Below, in pieces: positions 42,046 to 51,439 of a DNA stretch of 64,000 bases. The notes beneath the pieces were generated by a model. It saw only the letters and a program-made list of their open reading frames with translations. It was not told the DNA's origin and ran no database searches. Source of the DNA: a virus (lineage: Duplodnaviria > Caudoviricetes); IMG/VR virus record IMGVR_UViG_3300037400_003843, positions 1 through 64,000 of that record. One strand, 5' to 3'. The position numbers were made by a program, and so were the translations under genes. Every line of letters begins with the position of its first letter. The stretch's first letter is position 1.

Positions 42046-43791
42046 ATGTTCAAACTTCGTCCCAATCACGCTCCGTTCCCGCCGCTTTACGAGCATGTCA
42101 CGCGGGAATTGCCGACGGTTAAATCCAAGGGGTTTGACCGCGTTGGGGATTATACGCTTCGGGACGGGATAGACCTCATTCCGCAGGAAGGTATGCAGGA
42201 GGATATCTGTAAATGCTCTGCAAATCTTATTATGGCCGTAGGCCAGGCTACGAGTGGCAAAAGCTTCAGTATCTTCCTGTCCGCATTGAAAGGTGTTGGT
42301 GTTCAGAATTACACGGGCCGTCTTATCAATGTCCGCAAACTTGATAGCGCCAAGGGTTCTTCGATGTTTCGAGATGCCAGTTTGTGCTGGGGTCAGTTCT
42401 CGAATTGCGAAGTTACCACAGGCGAACTCCCGACTTTCGCGTGGCCGAAATGGAACAATAGCATCCAGATGATCCACGCAAACTTCAATGCCGAAACGGA
42501 GTGGAGCGATTTTGTCGAGTATATTAAGAAGCAACAAGCAAGTTTCATCGGGATAGACGAAAGCACCGCAATCCGCTCATTTTCAATGTTTTCCTATATT
42601 TTTTCGCGAAACAGAGATAACTCGGGTATCGAGCCACAAATGTTGCTTACGTATAACCCGGAGCACAATCACTGGACAACCGAATGGCTTGTTTGTGGCG
42701 GTTATATTGATACCGAAACCTGGTATATTAAGCCTGAAATGGAGGGCAAAATTCGCTACTTCTATATTCAGGGGAACACACCGCAGTCTGTCGTCTGGGG
42801 GGATTCAAAAGAAGAGGTTGTCGCCGCAGCAAATATCAAACTGAATAAGGATGACATTGCCGCAGGGCTTAGACCCGAAGATATGGTTAAGTCCTTCGCG
42901 TTATTCTCCGGCTCTGCCGCCGGGAATAGAAAGCTTGTTGCGGCTACGAAGGGGCAGTCTGTTGCTAATTTGCACAATGTTGGCGGAACGCAGCGTTCCG
43001 TGCTGGCGGAAGCGTACTTTGGCGAAATAGAGAATGAGGAGCAAACGGTATCGAAGCAGATGATGCGGGATATCCAGATCGCGCCATACGATGATGATGA
43101 GACGATGTATGCGACCCTTGATGTCTCTGGAGGTAATGACGATTCCGATGACTGTCCCTTTATCGCATGGAAGGGGCACACGATGGTCGGCATAGAGTTT
43201 TTCCGTGGCGACCCGAAACAACTTGTCGATTGGATAGCAATGAACCTGGAAAAGTATAATATCCCAAAGCGAAATCTGGCGTTTGACGGGACCGGTCTCG
43301 GAAACTATCTTCGTGCTTATACGGATGGGTGGCCCATTACTGCGAATAAGACGCCAATCCAAGAGTACGATTCTGAGGGAAATAACATATTGCTGGAGAG
43401 GTACTTTAACGTTCGTTCGCAGCTCCTTGGCAAGTTAGAGGTCGCGCTAAAGACTAACCAGATTTCGACAACGATGGACCTGGATATGACCATTCCATAC
43501 GGCAAGAAGGGACAGCGACGGAGGCTCGTCGATGTACTTTGTGACGAGAGTTTCATTTTTAGAAGGCTCGTTAAACTCGGGAAAATTTATTATAGGAGCA
43601 AATCTGAGTTTATTGCGCGATTCCACGCCAGCTCCAACATCGTCGATACTATGGCGCTTCGTATGGTCTGGGACCTCGACGCCCGCCCGAAGAAACAGCC
43701 GTCTCCGGAGATTGACGACGATGCTTATTCCGGATTATTTACGAATTATAACAGTCATGGCCGGGGACGCTCGGTCGTGTGGGTAGGATAA
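42046..43791 (+). CDS. terL: Terminase large subunit
   Basis: GQATSGKS Walker A, IGIDE Walker B, TYNP motif C, RNase H-like LDVSGG / AFDGTG; promoter at 42023-30. Confidence 0.88.
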   Translation: MFKLRPNHAPFPPLYEHVTRELPTVKSKGFDRVGDYTLRDGIDLIPQEGMQEDICKCSANLIMAVGQATSGKSFSIFLSALKGVGVQNYTGRLINVRKLDSAKGSSMFRDASLCWGQFSNCEVTTGELPTFAWPKWNNSIQMIHANFNAETEWSDFVEYIKKQQASFIGIDESTAIRSFSMFSYIFSRNRDNSGIEPQMLLTYNPEHNHWTTEWLVCGGYIDTETWYIKPEMEGKIRYFYIQGNTPQSVVWGDSKEEVVAAANIKLNKDDIAAGLRPEDMVKSFALFSGSAAGNRKLVAATKGQSVANLHNVGGTQRSVLAEAYFGEIENEEQTVSKQMMRDIQIAPYDDDETMYATLDVSGGNDDSDDCPFIAWKGHTMVGIEFFRGDPKQLVDWIAMNLEKYNIPKRNLAFDGTGLGNYLRAYTDGWPITANKTPIQEYDSEGNNILLERYFNVRSQLLGKLEVALKTNQISTTMDLDMTIPYGKKGQRRRLVDVLCDESFIFRRLVKLGKIYYRSKSEFIARFHASSNIVDTMALRMVWDLDARPKKQPSPEIDDDAYSGLFTNYNSHGRGRSVVWVG

Positions 43792-43806
43792 AAATCGCGA
43801 TAACCT

Positions 43807-45369
43807 ATGAAACTTTCAGTAAACTTCCAGAAGGACCCCTGGCTTAGAAGGGTCCACCCGGACAACTCGGAGGCGAGGTTTGCCCTTGGGTACAAGCCGT
43901 ATGTTAATACGAGCCGCGAAGACTCGTACGTACAGCTTTTCGCCTCTGATTTTCTGAACGAGCTGTCTCCGGCGGCCCACCCTATCAATTCCAGGTATCA
44001 GTCGACCCGTCCCATCTGGAAACCGACCGGCGAGAAGGACGCTAACGGAAAGGAGAAATGGGAGATTGACGGATACGATGAGCTCGAATCCGTGGCTCTC
44101 GGCTGGCAGCAGTTCATCTGCGGAAACAAGGTGGCGCATTTGACCGGCGACGGAGGCTTCCAGGTCTGTAACGAGACGACCGATTTCGACACGTTCGAGG
44201 AGTTATCTTCCTGGATGGACCGCATCGGTCTCCGAGATGCTTTCACGGAGGCGGTCCATTATACCGAGCGTGCTGGCGACGCCGGTATCCTTTTCTATCA
44301 GACGGCCGACGGAGATATCGAGTGGGATGTATACGCCTACGAGAAGGGGCACACGATTTACCCGCAGCTGGACGAAAACGGGAAGCCGGTCTACTACATT
44401 ACCTACATGAAGGCCGGCAAGCCGATGTGCGACGTGATTTCCACGAAGTACATTGAGAAGTGGGTTAAGGCTGACCCGAAGAACGAGGAAGACCTGCCCT
44501 ACTTCGAGAAGCTCTGGCGCCGCTTTGTGAAGCAGGCAGATGCCGAGCAGACCGAAGATGGATATGTCCTTGTCAATAGGAAGGCCGCACAGTGCGGGTC
44601 CGACCTGTGCCAGTTCATCTACTTCAGGGTTCCCGACGTCTCATGGGGCCCCGTGGAGTTGACAATCGAGCAGCATGAGAACGCCGCGTCCTATGTTGCG
44701 AATGAGGTTAAGGATAGCGCATTCCCTCTCCTGGTCCTTAAGGCCGAGAAGACGACTAGCCTGCCGCCGTCTGAGATGAACGGTAAGACCATCGCGATCA
44801 AGGGCACCGCTGACGCCCTTGCGCATAGCGATGTGAAGTTCGAGAGTCCTGCAGACGCTAGTAATATCGCTACGGTTCATTTCAAGGAGCTCAACGAAAA
44901 TATCCTCAGGGCATCCCAGTCCGTAATCATAAGCCCCGAAATCATGAAGCAGGGGGCTGACTCCAGTACTGCCATCAAGATTCTGTTCCGGCCCGAGATT
45001 GAGTGGTGCATGTCCAGGTGGATTTACTACAATAAGCCGGTCCGCCAGATGGTGAAGGTCGTGAAGGTCCTTGCTGGCAAGGCAGAGGGTAAAATCGGGA
45101 AGTACGACGATATCGTAACGTCCGTCTGGCAGAAAGTGTGGTTGCCGCAGAACGAGAAGGAGCAGATTGACATGATTACGGCGAAGGTGTACGCCAGAAT
45201 CCTCTCCAGGAAGGCTGCCATGAACGAGATGGGCTCCCAGTACAAGGGCGACTACGAGCAGGTGCAGAAGGAATGGGAGTGGGAAATCGATAAGAAGGCC
45301 GAAACAAAGAACCCGGACGAGCCAAATATCGACAACAACAACCCTGGCAAATCAATAGCGGAACAATAG
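43807..45369 (+). CDS. Portal protein
   Basis: 520 aa directly after TerL; GDAGILFY, terminator after gene. Confidence 0.8.
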   Translation: MKLSVNFQKDPWLRRVHPDNSEARFALGYKPYVNTSREDSYVQLFASDFLNELSPAAHPINSRYQSTRPIWKPTGEKDANGKEKWEIDGYDELESVALGWQQFICGNKVAHLTGDGGFQVCNETTDFDTFEELSSWMDRIGLRDAFTEAVHYTERAGDAGILFYQTADGDIEWDVYAYEKGHTIYPQLDENGKPVYYITYMKAGKPMCDVISTKYIEKWVKADPKNEEDLPYFEKLWRRFVKQADAEQTEDGYVLVNRKAAQCGSDLCQFIYFRVPDVSWGPVELTIEQHENAASYVANEVKDSAFPLLVLKAEKTTSLPPSEMNGKTIAIKGTADALAHSDVKFESPADASNIATVHFKELNENILRASQSVIISPEIMKQGADSSTAIKILFRPEIEWCMSRWIYYNKPVRQMVKVVKVLAGKAEGKIGKYDDIVTSVWQKVWLPQNEKEQIDMITAKVYARILSRKAAMNEMGSQYKGDYEQVQKEWEWEIDKKAETKNPDEPNIDNNNPGKSIAEQ

Positions 45370-45370
45370 A

Positions 45371-45412
45371 AAAGGTTTGGTCCATAGCAAATTTTGGGCC
45401 AAACTTTTTTGT
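45371..45412 (+). terminator. Intrinsic terminator after the portal gene
   Basis: aaaggtttggtcc...gggccaaactttttt. Confidence 0.65.
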
Positions 45413-45469
45413 TTTATAAGATTTTTTGCTATTTTTGCGACGAAAAGGCAATTCTTAACCTGTTAACAT

Positions 45470-46192
45470 ATGTTCAAAGAAAAAATCGTTGAAGGGCTTA
45501 GGGCGAAATCTGAAATCAAGCGTTTCGGGCTAAGCAATGAGGCTATCGACCGGATTGCCTCAGCGAGAGAAAAGACGGTCACAGAAGAGTCTCAGGTTGA
45601 AACCGTCCTCACGGATGCAGAGACTATGAGGCTGATTGCCGAGGAGCTGATGAAGCATCGGGACCAGGAAATCACCAAGAGGACCGAAGCCCAGAGTGCT
45701 TTTGAAGACTACAAGGCAAAGCATCCGGACAAAACCGACCCGGACCCCGACCCAGACCCGGACCCTGACCCCAACAAGCAGACGCCTCTGACCGCAGAGG
45801 CCATTGCAAAGTTGGTTAAGGACGCCGCCGCAGAGGCCGTAAAGACCGTGAAGGACGAGTTCGATGCTTACAAGGCCCAGATTTCAGGACGCGAAGCGAT
45901 CGCTGCAGCAAAGGCCAAATTCTTCGAGAACAAGTGGACAACGAAGTTCGAGGAAGAGGCTAATGACGCATGGGAACGTGCTCATGAACTGAACGAGGCC
46001 GGTGGCAGCAAGATGTCTCAGGAAGAGCTCACTGGTAAGGCTACCGAGTATTTTAACCTCTACGTGCAGCGTAAGGGTACGGATGCAACGAAGCCTTTTG
46101 AGGAGGGAAGCGGCCATAATGGCAATTTCGACTTCTCGGACCAGGTTAAGCACTTCCAGGATACCGGAAAGCTGCCCGAAGAAAACAAGTAG
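45470..46192 (+). CDS. Capsid scaffolding protein
   Basis: Helical, charged, DP-repeat linker, located before capsid genes; promoter at 45430-37. Confidence 0.7.
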   Translation: MFKEKIVEGLRAKSEIKRFGLSNEAIDRIASAREKTVTEESQVETVLTDAETMRLIAEELMKHRDQEITKRTEAQSAFEDYKAKHPDKTDPDPDPDPDPDPNKQTPLTAEAIAKLVKDAAAEAVKTVKDEFDAYKAQISGREAIAAAKAKFFENKWTTKFEEEANDAWERAHELNEAGGSKMSQEELTGKATEYFNLYVQRKGTDATKPFEEGSGHNGNFDFSDQVKHFQDTGKLPEENK

Positions 46193-46214
46193 TTTAACCT
46201 AGAAACAGTTACCC

Positions 46215-46841
46215 ATGAAAAAGTACGGAAACTCTTTCAATCAGGGAACGAAGGAATACCCCGCTGGTAAGGTTCCGATTTGGCTGCATGTGGACGAATT
46301 CTACACTGCTGGCTGCACTCTGAACAACCAGGAAGTCGGCTCCGTCATTCCTATCGGTACCCCCGTGTACGTGCCCAAGGTGGGTGGCGAGGCTATTGTC
46401 CTCGAAACCTTCCAGGTGGTCGGCGCTGTTGCCGCTACCGACACTTCCGTTGTGCTGAAGTCCGTCAGTGGCGCCGTTCAGCCCGCTAAGGACCTCATCG
46501 TCGGCAAGCCGAACTCCAGCAATGTCGTCGCCAAGGCTCTCAAGCTCCCCGCCGTGACTTCCGTAGGCTCCGGTGACCATGAAGGCGAGTACACCTTCAC
46601 CATTGAGGCCAACGCTCTCGGCGTTCTGTCCGACGGCGACATCCTCGTGATGGCCGTCGCTGCCGGTTCCAATAAGGCCGCCGCTATGCCTACCGGCCTC
46701 CTCTATGAGGACGTGACCATCGGCAATGTCGGCGCCACTGGCACCGTAGTAACCAAGGGCCAGGTCCTCGCTGACCGCATCGCCGCTATCCCGGCCATGT
46801 ACAAGCCCTATCTCACCAACATCACTTTCGTAAACGAGTAG
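46215..46841 (+). CDS. Head decoration/cement protein
   Basis: IPIGTPV...PTGLLYEDV...GTVVTKG; lies between scaffold and MCP. Confidence 0.7.
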   Translation: MKKYGNSFNQGTKEYPAGKVPIWLHVDEFYTAGCTLNNQEVGSVIPIGTPVYVPKVGGEAIVLETFQVVGAVAATDTSVVLKSVSGAVQPAKDLIVGKPNSSNVVAKALKLPAVTSVGSGDHEGEYTFTIEANALGVLSDGDILVMAVAAGSNKAAAMPTGLLYEDVTIGNVGATGTVVTKGQVLADRIAAIPAMYKPYLTNITFVNE

Positions 46842-46845
46842 AACT

Positions 46846-48069
46846 ATGAATCAGTATCTTGGACTTGACACTCTGATGGCCTCCAATGGCATCACCAGTG
46901 CAGATGCCTTTATGGCATATTACAAGCAGGTTCTCTCGCGCCGCGAAAACCAGAACCTGAACATCATCGGCTTCGAAGAGTGGGGCATTCCTCAGATTGA
47001 CTTCACTTACAAGATGCTCGAGGCCGAGCAGAAGATCTCCGTGATGGCCACCTATGTGGACCTGAACTCCGATCCGATTCCTCTCGGAACCAAGGGTTTC
47101 AACACCCTCGAAGGCTCCATCCCTCGCCAGAAGGCTCGCTGGGAACTCGGCGAGAACGACTACCGCAAGCAGCTGATGGTCCTCAAGGACCTGCAGATTG
47201 CCGCTTCCTTCCGGAACGAGAGCCCCGCAGAGAGCGTGAAGAATTATCTGGCCGACCTCCTCTTCGGCGGTCTGTCCGAAATCCAGAACGCCCACATCGG
47301 CTCCATGTCCTACCAGGTAGGCCAGATGAAGTCTGAGGGCAAGGTCACCCTGACCGACGCCAATAACCCTCGCGGTATCCAGAACGTCACCTTCTCCGCC
47401 CAGATTCCGGCCGGCCAGATCGTGACCCTCCAGGGCGACAAGCGTTGGTTCACCGACGCCGAAAAGACCGTGGAAGGCTCCGAATCCGATCCCGTGAACG
47501 ACATCAAGAAGCGCGTACGCGACCTGCACGACAAGCTGAACGGTGCTCCCGTCACCGTCGAGGTGAACGAGACCTCCTTCTTCGAGGATATGCAGCACTC
47601 CAAGTGGCAGGTAGCCCTCGGTTACGCCATCTCCCCCGACCTCATCAAGTATGCAGGTGTGGGTGCAGACGGCAAGGCCGCTGCTGCCGCTGTGGCTCAG
47701 GCCTCCGGTGACGATGTCATCAAGGCTGCCTTCAAGCGTGCCATCAACGCCGACGAGGTGATCTTCAACAAGACCGTCTGCGGCGTTGAGAAGTGGGACA
47801 AGAGCAACAAGAAGCTGACCATCAGCACTCTTCCAGCTTTCAGCAAGAACACCTACCTGGTACGTCCTTCCGGCCCTGTCGGAATGCGCCTCAACGTGGT
47901 GCCCCTGCGTCCCGATCCCAGCGCTATCAGCGCCCTCATCTTCGAAGGTCACGGCCTCATCGAGTACCGTTACGACCCTCGTACCAAGTATCAGGACTGG
48001 GTGTCCGAACTGACCGTGCTGGCCGTTCCTACCCGTCCTAGTGATATGGTAATCCTTCACACGAAGTAG
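46846..48069 (+). CDS. Major capsid protein
   Basis: 407 aa, highly biased codon use, position in head operon. Confidence 0.85.
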   Translation: MNQYLGLDTLMASNGITSADAFMAYYKQVLSRRENQNLNIIGFEEWGIPQIDFTYKMLEAEQKISVMATYVDLNSDPIPLGTKGFNTLEGSIPRQKARWELGENDYRKQLMVLKDLQIAASFRNESPAESVKNYLADLLFGGLSEIQNAHIGSMSYQVGQMKSEGKVTLTDANNPRGIQNVTFSAQIPAGQIVTLQGDKRWFTDAEKTVEGSESDPVNDIKKRVRDLHDKLNGAPVTVEVNETSFFEDMQHSKWQVALGYAISPDLIKYAGVGADGKAAAAAVAQASGDDVIKAAFKRAINADEVIFNKTVCGVEKWDKSNKKLTISTLPAFSKNTYLVRPSGPVGMRLNVVPLRPDPSAISALIFEGHGLIEYRYDPRTKYQDWVSELTVLAVPTRPSDMVILHTK

Positions 48070-48071
48070 TT

Positions 48072-48479
48072 ATGACTGTCGAAGAGTATCTGCGTAGTTT
48101 AGTTCCCGGCCTCGACCTGCAAACCAGTGTCCTGGCCAGGGCTGCCCGCAGTCCGATTGAAGTAGGGCTGGAGAGGCTTGACCTTGACGAGGACGAAGAG
48201 GACTATGATGGCGATGAGGATTTTCAGAAACGGCTAGACTATGCCTCTTCGACAATCTACTATTCGGTGTTGGGAGTTTTTGCTGGCGGTGGGCACTCCG
48301 AGCAGGTCGGAGACGTCCGCTCTTCTAGAGGAGGGTACACCATCACTATGGCAGACCGCGCTCGGTTCAAGTCCATGGGTGATGCCCTCCGACAGAAGTG
48401 GGGATGGGAAACCGAGGCTGACGAGGTGTCTACCGAAATTGTAGATATGAGCTCTTTGAGAAGTAAGCACAGATGTTAG
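48072..48479 (+). CDS. Head-tail connector (adaptor)
   Basis: MTVEEYLRSLV...; follows MCP. Confidence 0.65.
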   Translation: MTVEEYLRSLVPGLDLQTSVLARAARSPIEVGLERLDLDEDEEDYDGDEDFQKRLDYASSTIYYSVLGVFAGGGHSEQVGDVRSSRGGYTITMADRARFKSMGDALRQKWGWETEADEVSTEIVDMSSLRSKHRC

Positions 48480-48814
48480 AGTTCATTGATTTCCGTGACC
48501 ATTGCGTTATCACTAGGGATAACGGCGGAAGGGACGAGTGGGACAACCCGGTCAATCCCGAGACGATCTATGACGGTCCGTGCCTCTATGAGGAGGGCGG
48601 TACCAGTTATACGAGAATCTTCACGACCAGGAATCCTACCGTATTCCTTCCCGGCGTAGATGTTATCGTGAACATCAATGATGCGGTGAAAGTGACGACC
48701 GAATTTGGACGTGAGGTTTCATCCATCGTAAAGATTGTGCGCGATATCAACATGCCCTGGAGGGAAAACGTACAGGTCACGAGAATTGAACTCAAGCAGG
48801 CACAGGGAGACTAG
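48473..48814 (+). CDS. Head closure protein
   Basis: GRDEWDNPV...IYDGPC; synteny. Confidence 0.6.
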   Translation: MLEFIDFRDHCVITRDNGGRDEWDNPVNPETIYDGPCLYEEGGTSYTRIFTTRNPTVFLPGVDVIVNINDAVKVTTEFGREVSSIVKIVRDINMPWRENVQVTRIELKQAQGD

Positions 48815-48817
48815 AGA

Positions 48818-49438
48818 ATGGCAAGGGTTAAAGACGTACATTGGAAGGGAAAGGTCGTGAAGGGTTTTACGACCGCTCTCGCCGATGCGTCTGAACACCT
48901 TACTGGATGGGCCCGTGGCTGGATGTCCGAATCTGTTAAGGACGCAATCCTTGAGATGGATTCAAAGTGGCCGCACTCAACGACAATCGCACCGAGTATC
49001 CGCCGTTCTAAAGCAAGAAACAGCAGTGCATGGATACTTATTGGCGCCCAGATGTTTGGTGGTGATAGGGAGCATCCATGGTATACCGGCCAACTCCACG
49101 ATAGCGTTGTCGGCGTTGTTTCAGACAGCCGTCATATTGTTTCGGCCTGTTACATGCCTACGCGTGCAACCCGCCTACAGAAAGACGATGATGGAAACGT
49201 CGTAAATGGCAGCGCTATTGCGATGTCGTCTATCGGGTCGCTTTCGAGGGTTATAAGGTTCCTTCCTGGCGTGTCTGCTTCGATTTTCGTAACCGTGCCG
49301 TATGCGGAGAAAGTCAATAACATGCCGCGCCACCTCGATTTCGAGTGGGAGCTAAATGCAGACTTTGCCGCATCCGTAGAAGACTTTTTCTACACGAAAG
49401 CAGAAGGGTTCAGAACGAGAATATATAGGACTAAGTAA
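48818..49438 (+). CDS. Neck / tail completion protein
   Basis: PWYTGQLHDS, VPYAEKVN; synteny. Confidence 0.6.
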   Translation: MARVKDVHWKGKVVKGFTTALADASEHLTGWARGWMSESVKDAILEMDSKWPHSTTIAPSIRRSKARNSSAWILIGAQMFGGDREHPWYTGQLHDSVVGVVSDSRHIVSACYMPTRATRLQKDDDGNVVNGSAIAMSSIGSLSRVIRFLPGVSASIFVTVPYAEKVNNMPRHLDFEWELNADFAASVEDFFYTKAEGFRTRIYRTK

Positions 49439-49442
49439 AACG

Positions 49443-49937
49443 ATGTTTAATCCATCATCCATACAGCCGGACGTTGAGCTGCGGGAATTCCTGCAGGGAA
49501 AGGTCACTGTCGGCGAGGACAAGAAGCCGGTCACAGTTTATGGCGACTGGGAGCGTCCGACCAATGAGGTCCCGGATGACTTCATTGTCATCATGCAGAA
49601 CGGAAACCCTATGGGTTTAGGTATGGATGTTGACTTTGCGAAAGGTTTTCTGGCGGTAAGTCTCTATAGCAAGCTCAATAACGACGGGTCCGTAAAAAAG
49701 AAGCGCGTCGATAAAATCCTCAAACAGGTAAACGACCAGTTTGTGGGTGGCGGCTCCGGTTCTGGCTCGGGAGACGAGCGATACGAGCCCATCATAACGG
49801 AAAATTACGTATACCAATACGACCCCCAGCAGTTCATAACTCCCACGACACCGAATATTACTTCGGGATACTCTATCACTAGCCTCAATTTGAGGTGGAC
49901 AACCAACAACAATTTCAATAAACCCGTAACACCATAA
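49443..49937 (+). CDS. Tail terminator
   Basis: Synteny immediately before the tail tube gene. Confidence 0.55.
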   Translation: MFNPSSIQPDVELREFLQGKVTVGEDKKPVTVYGDWERPTNEVPDDFIVIMQNGNPMGLGMDVDFAKGFLAVSLYSKLNNDGSVKKKRVDKILKQVNDQFVGGGSGSGSGDERYEPIITENYVYQYDPQQFITPTTPNITSGYSITSLNLRWTTNNNFNKPVTP

Positions 49938-49943
49938 AAAACT

Positions 49944-50531
49944 ATGGCAACTGTTATCGACAAAATTGATGCCGCAACTGTTCCCTTTGTAGGACAGGGC
50001 GACCTTATCATCTTCGATGCCGTCAGCGACTATAGCACCGCTAAGCTCGCCGACTTCGCTAACCCTAAGTCCCTGGGCCAGATTGTCCAGGACTCCACCT
50101 CCTGGGAGGGCGAAGATGTCTCCACCGACCAGATTCTGGACGAGCAGGGTAACCTCATCACCGCAAAGGTGACTGCCGGCACCCTGAGCTTCTCCTTCGA
50201 CATCGCCTCTACGAGCGCGAACATGATGAAGAAGTTCATGAAGGCCGCCGACATCTCCTCCGCCAACCTTGGTTCTCCTGCGTTCCTTGGAGCAACCATC
50301 TCCGCCGTCGGCTTCGGCGTGGACCTGCCCGTGTTCACCGTTCCTATTCTGGTCGCCGACCAGGAGAAGAAACGCGCCTGGGTTTATCCCAAGGCCAAGA
50401 TCACCTCGAACCTGTCCCTCAGCGACGGTCTGTACCGTATCCACGCTGTTGTCCTGGCTGAGCAGGTGGATACCTCCTACCTCAAGACCGGCATCCTCCT
50501 GGAGGGCGAACTCAAGTACGAGTCCGCTTAA
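49944..50531 (+). CDS. Major tail tube protein
   Basis: 195 aa, biased codons, followed by a terminator and the chaperone gene. Confidence 0.75.
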   Translation: MATVIDKIDAATVPFVGQGDLIIFDAVSDYSTAKLADFANPKSLGQIVQDSTSWEGEDVSTDQILDEQGNLITAKVTAGTLSFSFDIASTSANMMKKFMKAADISSANLGSPAFLGATISAVGFGVDLPVFTVPILVADQEKKRAWVYPKAKITSNLSLSDGLYRIHAVVLAEQVDTSYLKTGILLEGELKYESA

Positions 50532-50554
50532 CGGAATGCTATCCTAAACCGAAC

Positions 50555-50584
50555 GGGGCGGGCCTAATCGCCCGCCCTTTTTTA
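50555..50584 (+). terminator. Intrinsic terminator
   Basis: gggcgggc-ctaatc-gcccgccc followed by a T run. Confidence 0.8.
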
Positions 50585-50594
50585 ATTTAATCGC

Positions 50595-51436
50595 ATGGAA
50601 AAAACCGAAAAGTTTCTGCAGGGCGCCTATGACACTATTGTCGGCGCACCTTGCACGGTCTATGTGGGCCGGCATAAGTACAAGGTCCGGCAGGTGGCCC
50701 AGGCCGTGAAGGAGAGAATAGCTCTTTTGGAACAGGAGGCTCAGATCCTCGAGGGCCGTGGTAAACAGGGCGTTTCTCAGAAGGAGGCAAAGAAGATAAC
50801 CAAGAAGCTGTATTCCCTCCATTCTAAGAAGGCCGCCTATTACCTGCTCGGGAACTGGGCCTTATTCATACCGGGCCTGTTCTGGCTGAAATGGAACATC
50901 CTGCAGCTCCGTGGAAACGAGACAACCTTCAAGATAAACGAGGCGGGACTCGTCAGTGCGGACCTGGGTTTTTCCAAAGCCAACTGGGATATCTCAAAGC
51001 AGGAACGCGAGCTTTATATGAGACCGGTTGGCGAAGTCGCCAGGCAGCAGCTAGAGCGGCTGGAAAGCGTAATGAATATGTTGGAGACGGACGCTTTGGG
51101 GACAAAGGAGGAAAGCAAGTAGGGTCGGCGTTTGCGGAATCGGAGCATAATGAACGGATTAAGAATGTATACGGTAATTACTGCTTCTGGGCGTGGTTCC
51201 GGTACTGGTATGTTGATTCCGTCAATTATGTAACGATGATGCTTCTTGACAAGGGCTACTTCGACTACGACTTCGAGAAGGTCGACAAGCCGGCGCCCGT
51301 TGTCGATTGGGAAGACACAATTAAGAGTGATGAAGAGGTCCAGGGAATCCTGAGCATGTTCGGGGTTGGAACCGGGGCTAAGAAGTCGCTCGAAGATATA
51401 CAAAGTCACATTATAAAACAAATGAAGGAGGACTAA
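50595..51436 (+). CDS. Tail assembly chaperone (50595-51122) with -1 frameshift extension to 51436
   Basis: G GGT TTT slippery heptamer at 50966-50972; -1 frame open to 51436, directly before the TMP. Confidence 0.75.
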
Positions 51437-51439
51437 GTT

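Noticed and set aside
42046-43791. Intron or intein in terL, helicase or primase, given the many HNH genes
   Set aside because: These ORFs are uninterrupted and of ordinary length; all HNH genes are free-standing
45736-45772. DPDPDPDPDPDP repeat in the scaffold protein as a contingency locus
   Set aside because: Codons are mixed (ccg/ccc/cca/cct), so it is a protein linker rather than a slippage tract
46822-48060. 412 aa minus-strand ORF, and similar long antisense ORFs (49617-50444, 60955-61884, 61954-62961, 17359-18024)
   Set aside because: Shadows of strongly codon-biased genes on the opposite strand; no recognisable motifs or translation starts
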